DNA of 64,000 nucleotides from the human T2T-CHM13v2.0 reference genome, Homo sapiens. Shown piece after piece: positions 39,801 through 50,900 of the stretch; within the stretch, counting starts at the first letter, position 1; each line of letters opens with the position of its first letter. The notes beneath the pieces were generated by a model that had not been told where the DNA came from, did not search any database, and saw only the letters and a list, made by a program, of their open reading frames with translations. Location of the stretch: the NCBI RefSeq assembly GCF_009914755.1, contig NC_060941.1, one strand, 5' to 3'. Position numbers and translations under genes: made by a program.

Positions 39801-42800
39801 TGTGGTGGAAAAGGAATTATCTTCCCGTAAAAGCTAGATAGAAGCATTCTCAGAAACTACTTTGTGATGATTGCATTCAAGTCACAGAGTTGAACATTCC
39901 CTTTGACAGAGCAGTTTGGAAACTCTCTTTGTGTAGAATCTGCAAGTGGAGATATGGACCGCTTTGAGGCCTATGGTAGTAAAGGAAATAGCTTCATATA
40001 AAAGCTAGACAGTAGCATTCACAGAAAACTCTTGGTGACGACTGAGTTTAACTCACAGAGCTGAACATTCCTTTGGATGGAGCAGTTTCGAAACACACTA
40101 TTTGTAGAATGTGCAAGTGGATATTTGGGCCTCTCTGAGGATTTCGTTGGAAACGGGATAAACCGCACAGAACTAAACAGAAGCATTCTCAGAACCTTCT
40201 TCGTGATGTTTGCATTCAACTCACAGTGTTGAACCTTTCTTTGATAGTTCAGGTTTGAAACGGTCTTTCTGTAGAAACTGCAAGTAGATATTTGGACCTC
40301 TCTGAGGATTTCGTTGGAAACGGGATAACCCGCACAGAACTAAAACAGAAGCATTCTCAGAACCCTCTTCGTGATGTTTGCATTCAACTCACAGTGCTGA
40401 ACCTTTCTTTGATAGTTCAGCTTTGAAACACTCTTTTTGTAGAAACTGCAAGTGGATATTTGGTCCTCTCTGAGGATTTCGTTGGAAACGGGATAAACTG
40501 CACAGAACTAAACAGAAGCATTCTCAGAACCTTCTTCGTGATGTCTGCATTCAACTCACAGTGTGGAACCTTTCTTTGATAGTTCAGGTTTGAAACACTC
40601 TTTCTGTAGAAACTGCAAGGGGATAATTGCACTCTTTGAGGAGTACCGTAGTAAAGGAAATAACTTCCTATAAAAAGAAGACAGAAGCTTTCTCAGAAAA
40701 TTCTTTGGGATGATTGAGTTGAACTCACAGAGCTGAGCATTCCTTGCGATGTAGCAGTTTAGAAACACACTTTCTGCAGAATCTGCAAGTGCATATTTGG
40801 ACCTCTGTGAGGAATTCGTTGGAAACGGGATAATTTCAGCTGACTAAACAGAAGCAGTCTCAGAATCTTCTTTGTGATGTTTGCATTCAAATCCCCGAGT
40901 TGAACTTTCCTTTCAAAGTTCACGTTTGAAACACTCTTTTTGCAGGATCTACAAGTGGATATTTGGACCACTCTGTGTCCTTCGTTCGAAACGGGTATAT
41001 CTTCACATGACATCTAGACAGAAGCATTCTCAGAAGCTTCTCTGTGATGACTGCATTCAACTCACGGAGTTGAACACTCCTTTTGAGAGCGCAGTTTTGA
41101 AACTCTCTTTCTGTGGCATCTGCAAGGGGACATGTAGACCTCTTTGAAGATTTCGTTGGAAACGGAATCATCTTCACATAAAAACTATACAGATGCATTC
41201 TCAGGAACTTTTTGGTGATGTTTGTATTCAACTCGCAGAGTTGAACTTTCCTTTGGAAAGAGCAGCTATGAAACACTCTTTTTCTAGAATCTGCAAGTGG
41301 ACGTTTGGAGGGCTTTGTGGTTTGTGGTGGAAAAGGAAATATCTTCACCTAAATACTAGATAGAAGCATTCTCAGAAACTGCTTTGTGATGATTGCATTC
41401 ACCTCACAGAGTTGAACATTCCTATTGATAGAGCAGTTTGGAAACACTCTTGTTGTGGAATGTGCAAGTGGAGATTTGGAGCGCTTTGAGGCCTATGGTA
41501 GTAAAGGGAATAGCTTCATAGAAAAACTAGACAGAAGCATTCTCAGAAAATACTTTGTGATGATTGAGTTTAACTCACAGAGCTGAACATTCCTTTGGAT
41601 GGAGCAGGATTGAGACACACTTTTTGTAGAATCTACAAGTGGATATTTGGACCTCTCTGAGGATTTCGTTGGAAACGGGATAACTGCACCTAACTAAACG
41701 GAAGCATTCTCAGAAACTTCTTGGTGATGTTTGCATTCAAATCCCAGAGTAGAACCTTCCTTTGATAGTTCAGGTTTGAAACACTCTTTTTGTAGGATCT
41801 GCAAGTGGATATTTGGACCACTCTGTGGCCTTCGTTCGAAACGGGTATATCTTCGCATAAAATCTAGACAGAAGCCTTCTCAGAAACTTCTCTGTGATGA
41901 TTGCATTCAACTCACAGAGTTGAAGGTTCCTTTTCAAAGAGCAGTTTCCAATCACTCTTTCTGTGGAGTCTGCAAGTGGATATTTGGACCTATTTTGAAG
42001 ATTTCGTTGGAAACGGGAGAATCTTCACAGGAAAGCTAAACAGAAGCATTCTCAGAAACTTCTTTGTGATGCTTGCATTCAACTCACAGAGTTGAACTTT
42101 CCTTTCGAGAGAGAAGCTTTGAAACACTCTTTTTCCAGAATCTGCAAGTGGACATTTGGAGGGCTTTGAGGCCTGTGGTGGAAAAGGAATTATCTTCCCG
42201 TAAAAGCTAGATAGAAGCATTCTCAGAAACTACTTTGTGATGATTGCATTCAAGTCACAGAGTTGAACATTCCCTTTGACAGAGCAGTTTGGAAACTCTC
42301 TTTGTGTAGAATCTGCAAGTGGAGATATGGACCGCTTTGAGGCCTATGGTAGTAAAGGAAATAGCTTCATATAAAAGCTAGACAGTAGCATTCACAGAAA
42401 ACTCTTGGTGACGACTGAGTTTAACTCACAGAGCTGAACATTCCTTTGGATGGAGCAGTTTCGAAACACACTATTTGTAGAATGTGCAAGTGGATATTTG
42501 GGCCTCTCTGAGGATTTCGTTGGAAACGGGATAAACCGCACAGAACTAAACAGAAGCATTCTCAGAACCTTCTTCGTGATGTTTGCATTCAACTCACAGT
42601 GTTGAACCTTTCTTTGATAGTTCAGGTTTGAAACGGTCTTTCTGTAGAAACTGCAAGTAGATATTTGGACCTCTCTGAGGATTTCGTTGGAAACGGGATA
42701 ACCCGCACAGAACTAAAACAGAAGCATTCTCAGAACCCTCTTCGTGATGTTTGCATTCAACTCACAGTGCTGAACCTTTCTTTGATAGTTCAGCTTTGAA

Positions 42801-45800
42801 ACACTCTTTTTGTAGAAACTGCAAGTGGATATTTGGTCCTCTCTGAGGATTTCGTTGGAAACGGGATAAACTGCACAGAACTAAACAGAAGCATTCTCAG
42901 AACCTTCTTCGTGATGTCTGCATTCAACTCACAGTGTGGAACCTTTCTTTGATAGTTCAGGTTTGAAACACTCTTTCTGTAGAAACTGCAAGGGGATAAT
43001 TGCACTCTTTGAGGAGTACCGTAGTAAAGGAAATAACTTCCTATAAAAAGAAGACAGAAGCTTTCTCAGAAAATTCTTTGGGATGATTGAGTTGAACTCA
43101 CAGAGCTGAGCATTCCTTGCGATGTAGCAGTTTAGAAACACACTTTCTGCAGAATCTGCAAGTGCATATTTGGACCTCTGTGAGGAATTCGTTGGAAACG
43201 GGATAATTTCAGCTGACTAAACAGAAGCAGTCTCAGAATCTTCTTTGTGATGTTTGCATTCAAATCCCCGAGTTGAACTTTCCTTTCAAAGTTCACGTTT
43301 GAAACACTCTTTTTGCAGGATCTACAAGTGGATATTTGGACCACTCTGTGTCCTTCGTTCGAAACGGGTATATCTTCACATGACATCTAGACAGAAGCAT
43401 TCTCAGAAGCTTCTCTGTGATGACTGCATTCAACTCACGGAGTTGAACACTCCTTTTGAGAGCGCAGTTTTGAAACTCTCTTTCTGTGGCATCTGCAAGG
43501 GGACATGTAGACCTCTTTGAAGATTTCGTTGGAAACGGAATCATCTTCACATAAAAACTATACAGATGCATTCTCAGGAACTTTTTGGTGATGTTTGTAT
43601 TCAACTCCCAGAGTTGAACTTTCCTTTGGAAAGAGCAGCTATGAAACACTGTTTTTCTAGAATCTGCAAGTGGACGTTTGGAGGGCTTTGTGGTTTGTGG
43701 TGGAAAAGGAAATATCTTCACCTAAATACTAGATAGAAGCATTCTCAGAAACTGCTTTGTGATGATTGCATTCACCTCACAGAGTTGAACATTCCTATTG
43801 ATAGAGCAGTTTGGAAACACTCTTGTTGTGGAATGTGCAAGTGGAGATTTGGAGCGCTTTGAGGCCTATGGTAGTAAAGGGAATAGCTTCATAGAAAAAC
43901 TAGACAGAAGCATTCTCAGAAAATACTTTGTGATGATTGAGTTTAACTCACAGAGCTGACATTCCTTTGGATGGAGCAGGTTTGAGACACACTTTTTGTA
44001 GAATCTACAAGTGGATATTTGGACCTCTCTGAGGATTTCGTTGGAAACGGGATAACTGCACCTAACTAAACGGAAGCATTCTCAGAAACTTCTTGGTGAT
44101 GTTTGCATTCAAATCCCAGAGTAGAACCTTCCTTTGATAGTTCAGGTTTGAAACACTCTTTTTGTAGGATCTGCAAGTGGATATTTGGACCACTCTGTGG
44201 CCTTCGTTCGAAACGGGTATATCTTTGCATAAAATCTAGACAGAAGCCTTCTCAGAAACTTCTCTGTGATGATTGCATTCAACTCACAGAGTTGAAGGTT
44301 CCTTTTCAAAGAGCAGTTTCCAATCACTCTTTCTGTGGAATCTGCAAGTGGATATTTGGACCTATTTTGAAGATTTCGTTGGAAACGGGAGAATCTTCAC
44401 AGGAAAGCTAAACAGAAGCATTCTCAGAAACTTCTTTGTGATGCTTGCATTCAACTCACAGAGTTGAACTTTCCTTTCGAGAGAGAAGCTTTGAAACACT
44501 CTTTTTCCAGAATCTGCAAGTGGACATTTGGAGGGCTTTGAGGCCTGTGGTGGAAAAGGAATTATCTTCCCGTAAAAGCTAGATAGAAGCATTCTCAGAA
44601 ACTACTTTGTGATGATTGCATTCAAGTCACAGAGTTGAACATTCCCTTTGACAGAGCAGTTTGGAAACTCTCTTTGTGTAGAATCTGCAAGTGGAGATAT
44701 GGACCGCTTTGAGGCCTATGGTAGTAAAGGAAATAGCTTCATATAAAAGCTAGACAGTAGCATTCACAGAAAACTCTTGGTGACGACTGAGTTTAACTCA
44801 CAGAGCTGAACATTCCTTTGGATGGAGCAGTTTCGAAACACACTATTTGTAGAATGTGCAAGTGGATATTTGGGCCTCTCTGAGGATTTCGTTGGAAACG
44901 GGATAAACCGCACAGAACTAAACAGAAGCATTCTCAGAACCTTCTTCGTGATGTTTGCATTCAACTCACAGTGTTGAACCTTTCTTTGATAGTTCAGGTT
45001 GGAAACGGTCTTTCTGTAGAAACTGCAAGTAGATATTTGGACCACTCTGAGGATTTCGTTGGAAACGGGATAACCCGCACAGAACTAAAACAGAAGCATT
45101 CTCAGAACCCTCTTCGTGATGTTTGCATTCAACTCACAGTGCTGAACCTTTCTTTGATAGTTCAGCTTTGAAACACTCTTTTTGTAGAAACTGCAAGTGG
45201 ATATTTGGTCCTCTCTGAGGATTTCGTTGGAAACGGGATAAACTGCACAGAACTAAACAGAAGCATTCTCAGAACCTTCTTCGTGATGTCTGCATTCAAC
45301 TCACAGTGTGGAACCTTTCTTTGATAGTTCAGGTTTGAAACACTCTTTCTGTAGAAACTGCAAGGGGATAATTGCACTCTTTGAGGAGTACCGTAGTAAA
45401 GGAAATAACTTCCTATAAAAAGAAGACAGAAGCTTTCTCAGAAAATTCTTTGGGATGATTGAGTTGAACTCACAGAGCTGAGCATTCCTTGCGATGTAGC
45501 AGTTTAGAAACACACTTTCTGCAGAATCTGCAAGTGCATATTTGGACCTCTGTGAGGAATTCGTTGGAAACGGGATAATTTCAGCTGACTAAATAGAAGC
45601 AGTCTCAGAATCTTCTTTGTGATGTTTGCATTCAAATCCCCGAGTTGAACTTTCCTTTCAAAGTTCACGTTTGAAACACTCTTTTTGCAGGATCTACAAG
45701 TGGATATTTGGACCACTCTGTGTCCTTCGTTCGAAACGGGTATATCTTCACATGACATCTAGACAGAAGCATTCTCAGAAGCTTCTCTGTGATGACTGCA

Positions 45801-47929
45801 TTCAACTCACGGAGTTGAACACTCCTTTTGAGAGCGCAGTTTTGAAACTCTCTTTCTGTGGCATCTGCAAGGGGACATGTAGACCTCTTTGAAGATTTCG
45901 TTGGAAACGGAATCATCTTCACATAAAAACTATACAGATGCATTCTCAGGAACTTTTTGGTGATGTTTGTATTCAACTCCCAGAGTTGAACTTTCCTTTG
46001 GAAAGAGCAGCTATGAAACACTCTTTTTCTAGAATCTGCAAGTGGACGTTTGGAGGGCTTTGTGGTTTGTGGTGGAAAAGGAAATATCTTCACCTAAATA
46101 CTAGATAGAAGCATTCTCAGAAACTGCTTTGTGATGATTGCATTCACCTCACAGAGTTGAACATTCCTATTGATAGAGCAGTTTGGAAACACTCTTGTTG
46201 TGGAATGTGCAAGTGGAGATTTGGAGCGCTTTGAGGCCTATGGTAGTAAAGGGAATAGCTTCATAGAAAAACTAGACAGAAGCATTCTCAGAAAATACTT
46301 TGTGATGATTGAGTTTAACTCACAGAGCTGAACATTCCTTTGGATGGAGCAGGTTTGAGACACACTTTTTGTAGAATCTACAAGTGGATATTTGGACCTC
46401 TCTGAGGATTTCGTTGGAAACGCGATAACTGCACCTAACTAAACGGAAGCATTCTCAGAAACTTCTTGGTGATGTTTGCATTCAAATCCCAGAGTAGAAC
46501 CTTCCTTTGATAGTTCAGGTTTGAAACACTCTTTTTGTAGGATCTGCAAGTGGATATTTGGACCACTCTGTGGCCTTCGTTCGAAACGGGTATATCTTCG
46601 CATAAAATCTAGACAGAAGCCTTCTCAGAAACTTCTCTGTGATGATTGCATTCAACTCACAGAGTTGAAGGTTCCTTTTCAAAGAGCAGTTTCCAATCAC
46701 TCTTTCTGTGGAATCTGCAAGTGGATATTTGGACCTATTTTGAAGATTTCGTTGGAAACGGGAGAATCTTCACAGGAAAGCTAAACAGAAGCATTCTCAG
46801 AAACTTCTTTGTGATGCTTGCATTCAACTCACAGAGTTGAACTTTCCTTTCGAGAGAGAAGCTTTGAAACACTCTTTTTCCAGAATCTGCAAGTGGACAT
46901 TTGGAGGGCTTTGAGGCCTGCGGTGGAAAAGGAATTATCTTCCCGTAAAAGCTAGATAGAAGCATTCTCAGAAACTACTTTGTGATGATTGCATTCAAGT
47001 CACAGAGTTGAACATTCCCTTTGACAGAGCAGTTTGGAAACTCTCTTTGTGTAGAATCTGCAAGTGGAGATATGGACCGCTTTGAGGCCTATGGTAGTAA
47101 AGGAAATAGCTTCATATAAAAGCTAGACAGTAGCATTCACAGAAAACTCTTGGTGACGACTGAGTTTAACTCACAGAGCTGAACATTCCTTTGGATGGAG
47201 CAGTTTCGAAACACACTATTTGTAGAATGTGCAAGTGGATATTTGGGCCTCTCTGAGGATTTCGTTGGAAACGGGATAAACCGCACAGAACTAAACAGAA
47301 GCATTCTCAGAACCTTCTTCGTGATGTTTGCATTCAACTCACAGTGTTGAACCTTTCTTTGATAGTTCAGGTTTGAAACGGTCTTTCTGTAGAAACTGCA
47401 AGTAGATATTTGGACCTCTCTGAGGATTTCGTTGGAAACGGGATAACCCGCACAGAACTAAAACAGAAGCATTCTCAGAACCCTCTTCCTGATGTTTGCA
47501 TTCAACTCACAGTGCTGAACCTTTCTTTGATAGTTCAGCTTTGAAACACTCTTTTTGTAGAAACTGCAAGTGGATATTTGGTCCTCTCTGAGGATTTCGT
47601 TGGAAACGGGATAAACTGCACAGAACTAAACAGAAGCATTCTCAGAACCTTCTTCGTGATGTCTGCATTCAACTCACAGTGTGGAACCTTTCTTTGATAG
47701 TTCAGGTTTGAAACACTCTTTCTGTAGAAACTGCAAGGGGATAATTGCACTCTTTGAGGAGTACCGTAGTAAAGGAAATAACTTCCTATAAAAAGAAGAC
47801 AGAAGCTTTCTCAGAAAATTCTTTGGGATGATTGAGTTGAACTCACAGAGCTGAGCATTCCTTGCGATGTAGCAGTTTAGAAACACACTTTCTGCAGAAT
47901 CTGCAAGTGCATATTTGGACCTCTGTGAG
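21828..47929 (+). repeat. Block of eleven 14-mer HOR variants, 2373 bp (16-mer minus 342 bp)
   Basis: EcoRI sites at 21828, 24201 ... 47930 give a 2373-bp period; one unit is 2372 bp because of a 1-bp loss near 43959. Two monomers are deleted, with the first hybrid junction at 22909-22940. The recurring 216-aa ORF shortens to 102 aa (342 bp less) in these units. Confidence 0.95.
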
Positions 47930-50900
47930 GAATTCGTTGGAAACGGGATAATTTCAGCTGACTAAACAGAAGCAGTCTCAGAATCTTCTTTGTGATGTTT
48001 GCATTCAAATCCCCGAGTTGAACTTTCCTTTCAAAGTTCACGTTTGAAACACTCTTTTTGCAGGATCTACAAGTGGATATTTGGACCACTCTGTGTCCTT
48101 CGTTCGAAACGGGTATATCTTCACATGACATCTAGACAGAAGCATTCTCAGAAGCTTCTCTGTGATGACTGCATTCAACTCACGGAGTTGAACACTCCTT
48201 TTGAGAGCGCAGTTTTGAAACTCTCTTTCTGTGGCATCTGCAAGGGGACATGTAGACCTCTTTGAAGATTTCGTTGGAAACGGAATCATCTTCACATAAA
48301 AACTATACAGATGCATTCTCAGGAACTTTTTGGTGATGTTTGTATTCAACTCCCAGAGTTGAACTTTCCTTTGGAAAGAGCAGCTATGAAACACTCTTTT
48401 TCTAGAATCTGCAAGTGGACGTTTGGAGGGCTTTGTGGTTTGTGGTGGAAAAGGAAATATCTTCACCTAAATACTAGATAGAAGCATTCTCAGAAAGTGC
48501 TTTGTGATGATTGCATTCACCTCACAGAGTTGAACATTCCTATTGATAGAGCAGTTTGGAAACACTCTTGTTGTGGAATGTGCAAGTGGAGATTTGGAGC
48601 GCTTTGAGGCCTATGGTAGTAAAGGGAATAGCTTCATAGAAAAACTAGACAGAAGCATTCTCAGAAAATACTTTGTGATGATTGAGTTTAACTCACAGAG
48701 CTGAACATTCCTTTGGATGGAGCAGGTTTGAGACACACTTTTTGTAGAATCTACAAGTGGATATTTGGACCTCTCTGAGGATTTCGTTGGAAACGCGATA
48801 ACTGCACCTAACTAAACGGAAGCATTCTCAGAAACTTCTTGGTGATGTTTGCATTCAAATCCCAGAGTTGAACCTTCCTTTGATAGTTCAGGTTTGAAAC
48901 ACTCTTTTTGTAGGATCTGCAAGTGGATATTTGGACCACTCTGTGGCCTTGGTTCGAAACGGGTATATCTTCGCATAAAATCTAGACAGAAGCCTTCTCA
49001 GAAACTTCTCTGTGATGATTGCATTCAACTCACAGAGTTGAACCCTCCTATGGATAGAGCAGTGTTGAAACTCTCTTTTTGTGGAATCTGCAAGTGGATA
49101 TGTGGACCTCTCCGAAGATGTCTTTGGAAACGGGAATATCTTCACATAAAAACTAAACAGAAGCATTCTCAGAAACTTCTCTGTGATATTTGTGTTCAAC
49201 TCCCAGAGTTTCACATTGCTTTTCATAGAGTAGTTCTGAAACATGCTTTTCGTAGTGTCTGCAAGTGGACATTTGGAGCGCTCTCAGGCCTGTGGTGGAA
49301 AACGAATTATGGTCACATAAAAACTGGAGAGAAGCATTGTCAGAAACTTCTTTGTGATGATTGCATTCAACTCACAGAGTTGAAGGTTCCTTTTCAAACA
49401 GCAGTTTCCAATCACTCTTTCTGTGGAATCTGCAAGTGGATATTTGGACCTATTTTGAAGATTTCGTTGGAAACGGGATAATCTTCACAGAAAAGCTAAA
49501 CAGAAGCATTCTCAGAAACTTCTTTGTGATGCTTGCATTCAACTCACAGAGTTGAACTTTCCTTTCGAGAGAGAAGCTTTGAAACACTCTTTTTCCAGAA
49601 TGTGCAAGTGGAGATTTGGAGGGCTTTGAGGCCTGTGGTGGAAAAGGAATTATCTTCCCGTAAAAGCTAGATAGAAGCATTCTCAGAAACTAATTTGTGA
49701 TGATTGCATTCAAGTCACAGAGTTGAACATTCCCTTTGACAGAGCAGTTTGGAAACTCTCTTTGTGTAGAATCTGCAAGTGGAGATATGGACCGCTTTGA
49801 GGCCTATGGTAGTAAAGGAAAGAGCTTCATATAAAAGCTAGACAGTAGCATTCACAGAAAACTCTTGGTGACGACTGAGTTTAACTCACAGAGCTGAACA
49901 TTCCTTTGGATGGAGCAGTTTCGAAACACACTATTTGTAGAATGTGCAAGTGGATATTTGGGCCTCTCTGAGGATTTCGTTGGAAACGGGATAAACCGCA
50001 CAGAACTAAAGAGAAGCATTCTCAGAACCTTCTTCGTGATGTTTGCATTCAACTCACAGTGTTGAACCTTTCTTTGATAGTTCAGGTTGGAAACGGTCTT
50101 TCTGTAGAAACTGCAAGTAGATATTTGGACCTCTCTGAGGATTTCGTTGGAAACGGGATAAACCGCACAGAACTAAAACAGAAGCATTCTCAGAACCCTC
50201 TTCGTGATGTTTGCATTCAACTCACAGTGCTGAACCTTTCTTTGATAGTTCAGCTTTGAAACACTCTTCTTGTAGAAACTGCAAGTGGATATTTGGTCCT
50301 CTCTGAGGATTTCGTTGGAAACGGGATAAACCGCACAGAACTAAACAGAAGCATTCTCAGAACCTTCTTCGTGATGTCTGCATTCAACTCACAGTGTGGA
50401 ACCTTTCTTTGATAGTTCAGGTTTGAAACACTCTTTTTGTAGAAACTGCAAGGGGATAATTGCACTTCTTTGAGGCCTACCGTAGTAAAGGAAATAACTT
50501 CCTATAGAAAGAAGACAGAAGCTTTCTCAGAAAATTCTTTGGGATGATTGAGTGGAACTCACAGAGCTGAACATTCCTTGCGATGTAGCAGTTTAGAAAC
50601 ACACTTTCTGCAGAATCTGCAAGTGCATATTTGGACCTCTCTGAGGAATTCGTTGGAAACGGGATAATTTCAGCTGACTAAACAGAAGCAGTCTCAGAAT
50701 CTTCTTTGTGATGTTTGCATTCCAATCCCAGAATTGAACTTTCCTTTCAAAGTTCACGTTTGAAACACTCTTTTTGCAGGATCTACAAGTGGATATTTGG
50801 ACCACTCTGTGTCCTTCGTTCGAAACGGGTATATCTTCACATGACATCTAGACAGAAGCATTCTCAGAAGCTTCTCTGTGATGACTGCATTCAACTCACG

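Noticed and set aside
43955-43962. 1-bp deletion (GAGCTGAC vs GAGCTGAAC), and a similar 1-bp loss near 58614
   Set aside because: These are singleton indels in or next to short homopolymers and cannot be told from sequencing error without reads.
21828-47929. 14-mer block as the separate neighbouring array D17Z1-B
   Set aside because: Apart from one clean 342-bp deletion, these units are nearly identical to the adjacent 16-mers. They are a deletion derivative, not a separately diverged HOR family.
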